IMG/VR virus record: IMGVR_UViG_3300044640_002221
Span: 72,924 to 136,923 of that record
Length of the DNA stretch: 64,000 nucleotides
From: a virus
Direction: 5' to 3' (one strand)
Positions 8,583 through 18,668 of the stretch are shown here, piece after piece; the stretch's first letter is position 1, and every line of letters begins with the position of its first letter. The notes below the pieces were generated by a model, which had not been told where the DNA came from, made no database searches, and worked only from the letters and a program-made list of their open reading frames with translations. The translations under genes and the position numbers were made by a program.

Positions 8583-9036
8583 TCAATACTCCTGTTAAAC
8601 TAAAAGACTTCTCAGCTTTATCTAATGAGTTTCTTTCTATTCGCATCCAGTCACGCATCCAGCCGTCTACTTGACCGCGAACTGCATCCTCAAGAGGCTC
8701 ACGAATCTTCATGGTTAACTGTCTGCCATACTCTGCTACTAGAGTGTCCACTAACTTCCTAAGATTTCTATCACCAAAGCGATCGGCTATCTCATGAATC
8801 TGCTCTTTAGTTATGCTGGCGGCTATTGCTCTGATTATTCTGTCTTCTTCTTCTAAGAGATCCTCAAGATGCTTTATTTTTTGTTGATGCTCTTCTAACT
8901 GCTTCTCATATCTATTTAGAGAACACATTAAGTCTACTGTCTGCTCAAGTCTTGAAGAAAGACTATTTACTTTCTCTGTTAGTTTAAGAAGCTCTCTGAC
9001 TCCCAAAAGACTTCTAGCAAGGTTTGTAATGTTCAT
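8566..9036 (-). CDS. Hypothetical coiled-coil protein
   Basis: 156-aa ORF with heptad-like E/K/L-rich segment. Confidence 0.7.
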   Translation of the reverse strand: MNITNLARSLLGVRELLKLTEKVNSLSSRLEQTVDLMCSLNRYEKQLEEHQQKIKHLEDLLEEEDRIIRAIAASITKEQIHEIADRFGDRNLRKLVDTLVAEYGRQLTMKIREPLEDAVRGQVDGWMRDWMRIERNSLDKAEKSFSLTGVLNEEDK

Positions 9037-9068
9037 AATTGTTTAGGGTAGCTTAACTCCCCATTTCA

Positions 9069-11315
9069 TTAAATCTTGACTGTTGTTTCACCTAGTACAA
9101 AAGAAACCTTTGCTTGAACTCCATCAAACTGACCTTGTAGAGTACAGTTATCGCGGCTGTCAAACTCCGGGAACCATTGTTTACCAAGGATAACTGAGAA
9201 CTTACTGCGCTGTACTTGCGATCGCAGTTCACGCTGACGTTTCTTAACTACTTCTATCTGGCACTCCAGCCAGCCTTTAATAACTTCATCCTTACAGTTC
9301 TCTATGCAAGTTTTGAAGTAGATTAAAGTATGTACCATTGCTGTAAGAGGAGTTCCAGCTTTAAGAGTGTGAGTTTCTTCCAGAGCCTCAACAGCTTTCT
9401 CAACTTTGGGTAAAGAACTCCAGCCTGCTACTTTTAGCTCAAAGGTCTTCACTTGGTATTGATCTGTTACATCTTCCTTAACTGTTGGTGGTGCAAATCC
9501 ATTCTTAGTTATACCTTTAGACTGCAGGAACGCTGTCTGCTCTTTTGTGTAACCTTCAAAGGAAACTTGTTCTGGTGTTACTTCAGCCAGAAGATATTTA
9601 TAAACCTTTAGCTTGGCTCCCAGAACTTCATCCTCTACTGCTAAGTTAGCTAGAGTTTGACCTGCACCAAGTTGTCTTGCTGATTCGGCGATCGCTTGAT
9701 TGATGAGAGGTAGTTTATATAGTTCTGCTACTCCTTCTCTCCTGGAGCGCGTTGTTATATAAGTACCCCAATTCTCTAGCTCTTGGTTAAAGGGTTCTTG
9801 GTTGAAGATGTCAGAGATAGCTTCATCTGATAATGCTAATGGCAGTCTTGAAGTCCACAGATGACCATCTTTAATGATTGTGTAGTTTCTCCAGGTATAG
9901 GTGCTTATAGCGGCTGTAAGCCCTACTTCATCTGCATCTGGCAGATAAACAATGCCCGGTATCCTAACCAAAGCTGACAGACTCAACTTTGAGCTATTCC
10001 AAGTCAAGCCCGCAATATCAGAACTTGCTCCTTGGATGGGCTGGAACTCTGGATATCCTTCTGCCGTTACTGTCTTTCTACCTGTACGCTTGTACTTAAA
10101 GTCAGGATGAGAAGGTAAGAAAGAAGCATTATGTTCTAGCAGCTTATCTAACAAGTCCAAAACACAAAAAACATTTTTATCTGGCTGGGGATTTGCTTGG
10201 TAGCCAAATGGATATCTGTTACGAACAGGGTTAGGATAGCCAATTGAGTTAAGCGGAGGTATTGGTTTGAAAATGTTAGCTACTTGATTCTCAAACTCTC
10301 CATGCTCTTGTGCAGTAAAAGCTCTATTAAGTCCCTCGAATAGAAACTTATTACCAATTGCAGATGAAAGAGCGATCGCGTCAGCAGTCTTCATTCTTTG
10401 GTTGAGAACTACAGCCCCTGCTAAAGCACCATCAATTAATGAATGATAATCTGGGTCATTAAACTTCAAGTCATTGATAACTACTTTCTTAGAGTCACCA
10501 GCTACATCATTACTAATGAAGTAAACAGAGAAAGTGTCCCCTACGCTAGGCGGAGAGACTAATACTTCCCCAAAGGCTTGCTCATAACTACAGATGCCAC
10601 TGTGAAGAGTAAAGACGTTTAAAATCTCACCCATACCATCAAGCTCAACATTAACTTTCTTTACAGTAGGCATCCCTTCTATAAAGTCAGTCATTGCACG
10701 CCCATAGTCTTGTTGGTCTGAACAGTGGCGTAACTCCCCACCAACTTCAGCAGCCATTTGTGCTAATAATTCTTTGTTGTAGTAGTCACCATAACCAATA
10801 AACTGCGCGGAAGTGAGTCTAGACTCCAACTTTGATAAAGCAGAGCTGATGCTCTCTACTTCCTTTTTATAGTTATTTACTACTGGATAGCCGTCTGTGA
10901 ACAACCACAGCGCAAAGTTTGTACTAATCCATGACAACTCCTCAATAACATTTAAAGAGTCTTGTAGAATCTCAGAGAAGCAAGTGAGAGACAAGGATTG
11001 TTTGTACTTGTTTAGCTCCTGATCCAGCTTGTTGTGGTCTTCTTCTGTCGTCAGCTTCAAGCCTTTAAAGACAAAGCGGTACATTCCTTCCGAGCTAAAG
11101 TATCCAAAAGATAAAGTGTCTTGTGTGTTTAACTCTCTATGGCTTGTCTTGAGGTCGTCAATTAGTCTTGGCAGTTCTCTACTCATAGAACCGCTGCGGT
11201 CTACTAACCAAATGTGGTTTACTGCCGCTCTGACCTTGCTTTCTACCCGAGACTTAACAGTAACGAACTGTTCGTTCAAGTAGAGGTCTCCAAACTTGAT
11301 ATGTCTGTTAGTCAT
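9069..11315 (-). CDS. vWA-domain protein
   Basis: MIDAS motif NHIWLVDRSGSMS and LFTDGYP in the N-terminal part; long C-terminal region of unknown function. Confidence 0.85.
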   Translation of the reverse strand: MTNRHIKFGDLYLNEQFVTVKSRVESKVRAAVNHIWLVDRSGSMSRELPRLIDDLKTSHRELNTQDTLSFGYFSSEGMYRFVFKGLKLTTEEDHNKLDQELNKYKQSLSLTCFSEILQDSLNVIEELSWISTNFALWLFTDGYPVVNNYKKEVESISSALSKLESRLTSAQFIGYGDYYNKELLAQMAAEVGGELRHCSDQQDYGRAMTDFIEGMPTVKKVNVELDGMGEILNVFTLHSGICSYEQAFGEVLVSPPSVGDTFSVYFISNDVAGDSKKVVINDLKFNDPDYHSLIDGALAGAVVLNQRMKTADAIALSSAIGNKFLFEGLNRAFTAQEHGEFENQVANIFKPIPPLNSIGYPNPVRNRYPFGYQANPQPDKNVFCVLDLLDKLLEHNASFLPSHPDFKYKRTGRKTVTAEGYPEFQPIQGASSDIAGLTWNSSKLSLSALVRIPGIVYLPDADEVGLTAAISTYTWRNYTIIKDGHLWTSRLPLALSDEAISDIFNQEPFNQELENWGTYITTRSRREGVAELYKLPLINQAIAESARQLGAGQTLANLAVEDEVLGAKLKVYKYLLAEVTPEQVSFEGYTKEQTAFLQSKGITKNGFAPPTVKEDVTDQYQVKTFELKVAGWSSLPKVEKAVEALEETHTLKAGTPLTAMVHTLIYFKTCIENCKDEVIKGWLECQIEVVKKRQRELRSQVQRSKFSVILGKQWFPEFDSRDNCTLQGQFDGVQAKVSFVLGETTVKI

Positions 11316-11464
11316 GTTTATTGCTTTCTACTAGTAAATCAAACTTCATCTTTAGGTTGTCATACTGCTCTCTCCAGTAACAAACGTCGCATAGAGAAAG
11401 ACTTTCACCTAAAGGTCTGCCACAATGTCCAGGGTTTATAGCATAGCTGCCACATACTCTACAT

Positions 11465-11887
11465 TTAGTTCTCATTCTCTTTTCTTTTTTCTTCCAGTTT
11501 TCCTAGCACAAGGCTAACAAAGCCTTGTATTTTATCTACAAACATTGGTATTGCTATATGTAGCTCTTCAGAAGAGGGTACTCCACTATCAGGTAAGTGT
11601 AGGTGCTTTGGCATTACTTCTGTCCATATAGCCGGAGAGTATTCGGTTTCCTCAATATCTTCTGAGTTAGTTACCCAAAGCCAACCTGCAGTTTCACCCA
11701 AGTCTGTTAAAACAACACCTTCGTTTTTTAGCTTGCTTATTGGGTTTACATAAACATCTATCACTGTGCCATCTGGTAACGTAAATGGAGTTGAAACTTT
11801 TATTTTGCATTTTGGTACAGGTTTATTAAGCCACTCGCAGCTATAACCCTGACCAAGCTGAAGCTGTAATTGATTAGGTGTGAGCAT
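11465..11887 (-). CDS. DUF1828-like protein
   Basis: IKVSTPFTLPDGTVIDVYV...VVLTDLGETAGWL. Confidence 0.7.
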   Translation of the reverse strand: MLTPNQLQLQLGQGYSCEWLNKPVPKCKIKVSTPFTLPDGTVIDVYVNPISKLKNEGVVLTDLGETAGWLWVTNSEDIEETEYSPAIWTEVMPKHLHLPDSGVPSSEELHIAIPMFVDKIQGFVSLVLGKLEEKRKENEN

Positions 11888-11920
11888 GAGATAAAAAAGA
11901 TAAAAAGAAAATAAAAAAAT

Positions 11921-11952
11921 AAAAGAGGAAGATTTTTTCTGCTTCCTCTTTT
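11921..11952 (-). terminator. Intrinsic terminator
   Basis: AAAAGAGGAAG/CTTCCTCTTTT hairpin followed by a U-rich tract on the minus strand. Confidence 0.7.
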
Positions 11953-11966
11953 TATCTTGTTGTAGC

Positions 11967-12890
11967 TTACACTAGGTCTAAGTCTTTGCTGAAAGCCTTA
12001 GTTGTGCGATCGTGTAGCTTAATCAAGTCTTTGAAACAGTCATCAACCTTCTTTTCACCTACGACTCCTATTAGCTTACAAACCGCAACGTCTTCAGCTT
12101 CTTCCTCATCATGGGAGTAAATATCCCAATCTGAATATCTCCAAGGCTTAGGAGTGAGTCGAGCTCTAAAGGTTTCTTGGCTTCTACATAGCAGGGAGTA
12201 TTTAGGGTCAGCATAGAGATTAGTCATCAGCACTTTAGTTTTTGGGCTTGATGGCGACCACTCTTTTGAAGTCTCAATATACCGAAGACCTCCAGCAGTT
12301 CTATAGACTCTGAAGTCTCCGCCATTTTCAGCCTGCCATGCTCTAAGAGCTCCTAGAGCTTGTTTTTCACTAACTACAGCTTCAGAATAGCCATCAGCTT
12401 TTCCCGCTATGTCCACATCAACTATCAACATTCTTTCAGCGTTAAGCACTGTAGCTTGATAGCTGTTAACTGTAGTAATGCCCTGAAAGACCTCTTTGTA
12501 GTAATACTCATCTTCTACCTCCTCTGTAAGAACAGAGTAGCCTGCGTTATACCAGTCACGCTCTAGAAAGCTGTCATTGTAGTTTAAGAACTCAGCTTTT
12601 GGAAATCTGTAAGGAATGACTTTCCACAGTTCTTGCTTCTCTCTAGCTGATAAACACTTATTCCATATTTCGAGGTAAGGTTTAGCCTCCGCAAAGTCAT
12701 CAGTCCGGCTTAGTACCAACTCATGAATATAGGTGTTAACTTCAGCTTGTGCATCATTAAATCTTCTTCTTCTACTAGCCCAATACTTTAACTTTTTAAG
12801 CAGAGTAGGATACTTTTGTTTAAACTGTTGAAAGTTGCGTGGATGGCCTACCATCTCACTTCTGTGACTTTTATAAGCCATTTGTCTCAC
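11967..12890 (-). CDS. Conserved hypothetical protein, AEP-like motifs (tentative)
   Basis: LNAERMLIVDVD, FRVYRTAGGLR, ADPKYSLLCRSQETFRARLTPKPWR. Confidence 0.5.
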   Translation of the reverse strand: MRQMAYKSHRSEMVGHPRNFQQFKQKYPTLLKKLKYWASRRRRFNDAQAEVNTYIHELVLSRTDDFAEAKPYLEIWNKCLSAREKQELWKVIPYRFPKAEFLNYNDSFLERDWYNAGYSVLTEEVEDEYYYKEVFQGITTVNSYQATVLNAERMLIVDVDIAGKADGYSEAVVSEKQALGALRAWQAENGGDFRVYRTAGGLRYIETSKEWSPSSPKTKVLMTNLYADPKYSLLCRSQETFRARLTPKPWRYSDWDIYSHDEEEAEDVAVCKLIGVVGEKKVDDCFKDLIKLHDRTTKAFSKDLDLV

Positions 12891-13182
12891 TACTCCTATT
12901 CTGTGCGGTTATGGAAGAGACTCTACAACAGTACCAATAGCTAACAGGAGTATTGCTTCTTCTATTAGTTCTTGTTACTTCTATTAAGAATCTCTGTTGT
13001 GAAGACCTCTCAGGCTTGAACTTCCGATAGTTAGCTATATAAGGACTATACAAACTATAGAGCAGTTGTAAAGGGTCTTCACCAGCATTTACAACTGCTC
13101 TGACAATACCTATTCTTTCTACAGAGTGTTTTTTACTCCTCCAGCTCACCTGCTGATTTATCTGTACCATTGTTTCCTTCAA
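12871..13182 (-). CDS. Hypothetical protein
   Basis: 103-aa basic ORF overlapping neighbours. Confidence 0.6.
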   Translation of the reverse strand: MKETMVQINQQVSWRSKKHSVERIGIVRAVVNAGEDPLQLLYSLYSPYIANYRKFKPERSSQQRFLIEVTRTNRRSNTPVSYWYCCRVSSITAQNRSSETNGL

Positions 13183-13822
13183 TCTCTAATCGGTTAGTTT
13201 GAGCGATTGCTTTTAAACCTAAAGCTCTAACCTGGTCATCCATCCAAGCCGAAGCTTCTATCTTGCTGCGCGATATTGTGGCATCCATTGCTTCTTGGAA
13301 AGACTTCTCGACCCAAGGAGCTGTGTCAGTTAGATGCCTACTAACTGTTTCTGCCTTTTTTCTTAGCTCAGTCAGGTCTCCTTTGCCTGCTTTACCTTTA
13401 GAAGATAGTTCCTCAATAGCCTTCTTTAGCTCTTCTAAGGCTTCTAAGCCATCAGCTAGAGTATTCTTTAACTCTGATTCAAATTCTGTTCTGGGTGGAG
13501 GAGGAGGGCAGTATCTTTCAACTTCTCCTTTTCCTGCTGGTGTTATCCACTCTAACGTACAGGGCGTACCAGTTCCATTATTTAGGTTGGTTATTAACTC
13601 AGCAAACTGGTGATAAGAAAGTCTAAGAGAAATAACGCCTTTGTCCGGGTGAACATAGTTTCTACTTAATCTTCTAGTTAAGTGAGCTGTGTCAACTCTT
13701 ACCTGTATATGCCCACCTAACTCTAATTCTTCTGCCATGAAGCAATTAGACTTATTACAGCCTTGTCTGGCTATAGAGATAATCCCAAAGGAAGGGTGTT
13801 CATATATTCTGTCGTTGCGCAT
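13133..13822 (-). CDS. Conserved hypothetical phage protein
   Basis: HPSFGIISIAR...QFAELITNLNNGTGTPCTL followed by a coiled coil. Confidence 0.7.
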   Translation of the reverse strand: MRNDRIYEHPSFGIISIARQGCNKSNCFMAEELELGGHIQVRVDTAHLTRRLSRNYVHPDKGVISLRLSYHQFAELITNLNNGTGTPCTLEWITPAGKGEVERYCPPPPPRTEFESELKNTLADGLEALEELKKAIEELSSKGKAGKGDLTELRKKAETVSRHLTDTAPWVEKSFQEAMDATISRSKIEASAWMDDQVRALGLKAIAQTNRLEIEGNNGTDKSAGELEE

Positions 13823-14346
13823 TATTGTTTTGCCTTTTTCTTTAACCAGTTATGAGCGTCTAACCACTCAATACTATCTTTAGTAATCCAACACGCTCCA
13901 CCACCATAAGCACCTGTTGTAGCTCTGTCAGCAGTATTGCTATAACAGAATCCAAAAGGAGGAATATTGTAGGTTTTTACCGCGTACTGAAGAAGAATAT
14001 CTAATCCTACAGGCACTGTCTCGTCATAGTCAAATACTAGAACAGTAGGACTATGAGGGCTACCGTGTGAACAAACTAGGGTTTCAGAAGGATATCCGGC
14101 CTGGTGAAACAACATTATAGAAGCTTCAGAGTAGGAGAATTTAGTTAGAGTTTCTTGCTCATACAACTCAATAATCTTGCTATAAATTGCATGGGTAGAA
14201 ACCTCTGTCAGTCTTTTTAGCTGAACACCAACTAAGTTTAGTTCAGACTGTAAAGCATCATACCCATTTAGAACTGACTCAAACTCCTTGCGGTTCTCTT
14301 CACTTAGTAAGTCTAGCTGAAAGTATACCTTTGTGTAATAGTTCAT
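13822..14346 (-). CDS. Hypothetical protein
   Basis: 174-aa ORF, TAATG overlap with the next gene. Confidence 0.7.
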   Translation of the reverse strand: MNYYTKVYFQLDLLSEENRKEFESVLNGYDALQSELNLVGVQLKRLTEVSTHAIYSKIIELYEQETLTKFSYSEASIMLFHQAGYPSETLVCSHGSPHSPTVLVFDYDETVPVGLDILLQYAVKTYNIPPFGFCYSNTADRATTGAYGGGACWITKDSIEWLDAHNWLKKKAKQ

Positions 14347-14405
14347 AAATTTCTTAATTGTTGAGTTGATTGGTTAGCCCTTTTACAGACTAACCGTTTA
14401 ATTTA

Positions 14406-15308
14406 CTAACAGCCGCCGCGTACAGGTACTCTTACAGGCTGGCTCTCACTCATCTTATTACTTCCGGGTAACAGAGTGGTCAAATAAGCTCTTAATGATT
14501 CACCGCTATAAGGACGACGCACTACTAGACGCTCTCCAAGATTGTTTGTCTCAACATTAATGAAACAAACCTTCTCGGGTGCAGATGAACGCTCCTGCAG
14601 TTGAGATAGATATCTAAATTGAGATACTGCTAAATTAGCCGAGCGGGCGTATCTTGCTGTTTGTTCTAAGCTAACAACATGACAAGGTTGAACTTGGATA
14701 TCATAAATACCTCCTTGGTCAGGGCAAGCGCCATTAATCCAGTCAAAGTCCCCACAAGGTAAGAAACTATCACCACTAGATTGAACAAGCTTCCCAGGCT
14801 CAAAGTTACCACTCCAGTCGGTATCACGAGAAGGTCTAAAAGCTAAAGGGTTAGCTCTATCGAATGTTTCCTCTAAAGTAGAAGGCAACCAACTAGCACG
14901 GGTGTACAATACTAAGTCACCATCCCAGGTTAGGGGTATGGTTTGACTACCAGCTCTTTCAGCTAAACCAACTCTCACGCTCTCATCTGGATGGCTTTTT
15001 AGTTTGTTCCAGAAGTTTACAAGAGGTTGATAAGGAATGCCATCATCTTGAAGCTTTCTGACTCTTGTACCGATACTGGTAGGGATAACTTCATCGTTGT
15101 AGAAATACTCTCCTGATTGATAGCGGAATGCTCCTCCTGTTGTTTCTTGGAGGTAGTTGTCTGTAGAAATCCAAGACTCGCTAAATTCTTGATTACTTAA
15201 CAACTTTGATTTAATCAAGTCAAAGTAAGAATTGCCTAAGTTGGAAATCAAGCGTGTTTGACCATTTGAGAAAACAGTAATTAAGTTATCGCTAATTAGG
15301 TACTTCAT
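14406..15308 (-). CDS. rIIB: rIIB-like protein
   Basis: GIPYQPLVNFWNKLKSHPDESVR...IPLTWDGDLVLY matches the rIIB core; ATGA overlap directly downstream of rIIA. Confidence 0.8.
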   Translation of the reverse strand: MKYLISDNLITVFSNGQTRLISNLGNSYFDLIKSKLLSNQEFSESWISTDNYLQETTGGAFRYQSGEYFYNDEVIPTSIGTRVRKLQDDGIPYQPLVNFWNKLKSHPDESVRVGLAERAGSQTIPLTWDGDLVLYTRASWLPSTLEETFDRANPLAFRPSRDTDWSGNFEPGKLVQSSGDSFLPCGDFDWINGACPDQGGIYDIQVQPCHVVSLEQTARYARSANLAVSQFRYLSQLQERSSAPEKVCFINVETNNLGERLVVRRPYSGESLRAYLTTLLPGSNKMSESQPVRVPVRGGC

Positions 15309-17623
15309 GCGTCACAGTCCTTTATGTATTTTATAATTTCTGGTAACAATGCTTGTTGCTCTTTTGGTAACTCAGCAGAGTACCGAGACTTGTTGAAAGT
15401 GTAGTATCTGAGTATGTAAGTTAATAAAGGGTACTTCTCTACTAGCTTCTTGAAGATAGGTATGTTAGTCCATTGATAACCTTGAAAGTAGTTGTTAGTG
15501 TGGTCAGCAGTGCCTTCTAACCTCCAAGATAGATTTTGTAGCCTTTCTCTTTTCTCTGTTCTTTCTGAGAGAGGCTCAAATACCTCTTTTTGCTCTAACA
15601 AACAGAATCCCTCTGCTGGATGGGAATTGATTATTAGAAACCTAGAACAAGATATATCAGCCAGCCAATTACCTTCATCTGGTTTGTTTAATAGCTCTAT
15701 AAGAACTAAAATATCTTCTCTTTTAATAGAAGAAGCTAACAATATTTCAGCCAGCGCACTTGAGGCTCTTTTATCTCCAAACAAAAAAGTCTTATTAAAC
15801 CAATCTTGGTCTATTGTGTAGTTAATTAACTCTAGCCCTAGCTTATAGTAATCTGTAAGCCGGTCAAACTCTGTACTGCAGTAGTCTCTAAAGTTAATCC
15901 AGTTAGAGTCTTTTCTTAGCTCTTCAGCTATAGTGTTACTCACAAAAAACAAATCTTTTTTGGACAGAGAGGGAGGAAGATGGCAACGCTGGAAAGTATA
16001 TTTAGCTTCTTCAGTCTTGATGTACACTCCTGAATCTGGAAGATCCTCTACTTTTTCTGTAGCTTCATAAATGTTGTGGATGCTCTCATCTGTTAAAGAG
16101 AGAGTTCTTGCGCCTCCTGACTTAACTAAACTTTTTAGACTAGCTTTCTTAGGTGTTAAACTAGAAGTTTTCTTTTTCTCAAAGTTTACAGTGATAACGT
16201 CGTCCATTAAAGATAGGAGTCTATGTCTTTTTACATAGTCTTCAGGCTCTTCTTCTGCTCTAATCGCTAATATGTGTTTATTAGACTCTACGTTAGCCAG
16301 TTTTCTCACTTTGTCTTTTGACATTCCTTTAGGATAAACAACCCAAGCGCAATCTAAGAGATGTTTAAGTGAATGATTTGAACCATGAATAGTCGGTGAA
16401 TCTCCTTGTGGAAGGTTTGCCCAAAATTCTTTGGTGATTTGACTGTATATAGAGTCATAAAAAGCTCCCCAAGTTAGAAAGCAAGATGAAAACAGGTCTG
16501 TGGTCAACCAAATATTTTTAGCACTACTGGCAAAAAAAGAGCATTTTGTAAGAGACACTCCCTGCCTCTCAAAATTAGAAAAAGGGTAGTCGCTATAAAA
16601 AGCTTTTAAGCAACTCCTTAGAGAAGGTAGCGTTACCAACTCAGAAAGTTTGGTTTCAACATCTGTTATTACTGACCACACAAGAGCCTTCAGCTTATTT
16701 AGGTTCTTGTCTGTGTCTTCTATGTTTTCTCTATTAGAAGTAAGTTCCACTGACCCTACAGGTATTCTGATTATTAGGCTACTAAAGATTTTACTGTTAG
16801 CCGTTACCTCTAAGTCAAACTTAGTTAACAAACCTTTTACTTTTTGTCCTGTGATTAAGTAAGGTAGGTCTCCTATTAAAACTGTGACTTTTAGATAAGA
16901 AGTTCCGGCGTTATTAAAATACCAAGGTAAATCAATATCTCCTTGAAGCTTTTTAGCTACTCCTGTAAATTTCCAAGCTTTAGTGTCTTGAAAATATCCA
17001 TACCCTTGTTTGAACACAATGGGTTGCTGCACCCACATAGTAAGTTCTCTGATATAATCAATAACTTTGAATATATCCTCTTCTTGAATAGGAATGCTTA
17101 GCTTTGTGCCATTTGGTTCATTTGTTGGCTGAGTATCTAAAGTAGCAGCGGCACAATTACCTTTTTCATTCCTGTAAAGAACATGGCTATACTTTATGCT
17201 ATCGCATACACTTGTTATAGCTACTTGAGGGGCGATCGCCAGCGCACTAAATCTACCAACACCAAATCCACCCATTTGGGTATTATCTTCTCTTTTAGTA
17301 GACTCACCCCATCTCTTGTAAACCTTATCGAACCTTTCAGCACCAATACCTACACCACAATCTTCAAAAATTAGTAAAGGTTCGTCTTCTGTTGGTAATG
17401 TGATAGTAATAGGTAGATGCTGATTTCGTGCTTCTTTGTTAGCGTCTAGTGCGTTTTGTAGAGCCTCCCTGCAAGCAGCTTTTAAAGGATTTGCATATTG
17501 CTTTCTTATCAATATGTCTTGAATAATCTTTTTAGCTGTACCATCAGTTGGCAGGTCAAACTCTGACTGGTCTTCAGGTCTAAGGTTAGACAGGATAGTT
17601 CGTTCTTGTTGTGCTATTTGCAT
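15305..17623 (-). CDS. rIIA: rIIA-like protein with N-terminal GHKL ATPase
   Basis: YANPLKAACREALQNALDA, FEDCGVGI, STKREDNTQMGGFGVGRFS, IPVGSVELTSNRENI. Confidence 0.9.
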   Translation of the reverse strand: MQIAQQERTILSNLRPEDQSEFDLPTDGTAKKIIQDILIRKQYANPLKAACREALQNALDANKEARNQHLPITITLPTEDEPLLIFEDCGVGIGAERFDKVYKRWGESTKREDNTQMGGFGVGRFSALAIAPQVAITSVCDSIKYSHVLYRNEKGNCAAATLDTQPTNEPNGTKLSIPIQEEDIFKVIDYIRELTMWVQQPIVFKQGYGYFQDTKAWKFTGVAKKLQGDIDLPWYFNNAGTSYLKVTVLIGDLPYLITGQKVKGLLTKFDLEVTANSKIFSSLIIRIPVGSVELTSNRENIEDTDKNLNKLKALVWSVITDVETKLSELVTLPSLRSCLKAFYSDYPFSNFERQGVSLTKCSFFASSAKNIWLTTDLFSSCFLTWGAFYDSIYSQITKEFWANLPQGDSPTIHGSNHSLKHLLDCAWVVYPKGMSKDKVRKLANVESNKHILAIRAEEEPEDYVKRHRLLSLMDDVITVNFEKKKTSSLTPKKASLKSLVKSGGARTLSLTDESIHNIYEATEKVEDLPDSGVYIKTEEAKYTFQRCHLPPSLSKKDLFFVSNTIAEELRKDSNWINFRDYCSTEFDRLTDYYKLGLELINYTIDQDWFNKTFLFGDKRASSALAEILLASSIKREDILVLIELLNKPDEGNWLADISCSRFLIINSHPAEGFCLLEQKEVFEPLSERTEKRERLQNLSWRLEGTADHTNNYFQGYQWTNIPIFKKLVEKYPLLTYILRYYTFNKSRYSAELPKEQQALLPEIIKYIKDCDA

Positions 17624-17786
17624 ATTTAGTTTATTTTAAATTCTCTTTCCCTTTTCTTTTTTCTTACAGGAGAGCTACTACTCTCCTAAATTTGCTACTT
17701 ACTACACTTGTTGTTAACTTGCTCTTTTGATGGATTCAGGTCTGCTATCACTTTTAGCTTAACCGACAAAAGCTCCACCAAGTTCT

Positions 17787-18221
17787 TCAAAGTTCACGTA
17801 CAAACTCTTTAATTCTGTTAATTACTTGCTGTTTTATACCAACTTGCTGCTGGAGGTCGAAGAGATCATCTTCATTTATTTCTACATAACAGCAGACATT
17901 AAATAACCAAAAAGCAGGGGGTATACCTCCTCTCTTATGACTAGGAGTTAACGCAACTTTACTTAATTGGTCTTCAGTTCTTTTTAAACTAAAGAACTGT
18001 TCTACTGCGTCCCAATAAAAGAACTGCTCTCCATCTAAGCATAGCATGGGGCTTCCACTCGGACTTAGTTTAAACCCTCTTTCAATAAACCAAGGGTGTT
18101 GGGCGGCGTGACCAATAGCACAAGCAGTTGTTAAGCAAGTCCAGCTACTAAGGTCAATTAACTCATCTGGAGTAGCTTCTAAAATCTCTACTACCTTCAA
18201 CAATGCTTCTACGTTAGGCAT
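17787..18221 (-). CDS. Hypothetical protein, paralogue 1 of tandem triplet
   Basis: NVEALLKV...TTACAIGHAA...KQQVINRIKEF. Confidence 0.75.
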   Translation of the reverse strand: MPNVEALLKVVEILEATPDELIDLSSWTCLTTACAIGHAAQHPWFIERGFKLSPSGSPMLCLDGEQFFYWDAVEQFFSLKRTEDQLSKVALTPSHKRGGIPPAFWLFNVCCYVEINEDDLFDLQQQVGIKQQVINRIKEFVREL

Positions 18222-18642
18222 TTTTTGTCTTCTCTTCCGGTTTGTAATGTGCCTTAATAAATTGATCTATTACTTGACCAAGAATCTCAGCTCTTTCTTT
18301 ACTATTTTCTGCTGCTCTTGCATAGGCATTATGTAAGTCTACTGGCCAGTAATTTCTATGAAACAGATCCTCGGTAATGTTCCACTCATCATCTGTAAAA
18401 CCTAAGATTTTAGAAGCAGCTTGAGATGCATAGGCTTCTAATGCTAAGTCGTTTAGGTTAGAGTCTGCACTATTCTCCTCAATAAACTTATTAATTATCA
18501 ACTGACCTGCTATACAAGAAACAGTTCCACAGGGAGTGTCACATTCTGTTTGAATCCAAACTCCCATATTTAAGCTTTCAGGTTCAGCTAGTTTTTGAGC
18601 TTTAACTTGCAATAACGCTTCTACACCTTCTTTAGTCAGCAT
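18214..18642 (-). CDS. Hypothetical protein, paralogue 2
   Basis: MLTKEGVEALLQVKAQKLAEPESL...CGTVSCIAGQL...LFHRNYW...ERAEIL. Confidence 0.75.
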   Translation of the reverse strand: MLTKEGVEALLQVKAQKLAEPESLNMGVWIQTECDTPCGTVSCIAGQLIINKFIEENSADSNLNDLALEAYASQAASKILGFTDDEWNITEDLFHRNYWPVDLHNAYARAAENSKERAEILGQVIDQFIKAHYKPEEKTKNA

Positions 18643-18668
18643 TTTGTAGTTCTTCCTCTTGGTAGTTT

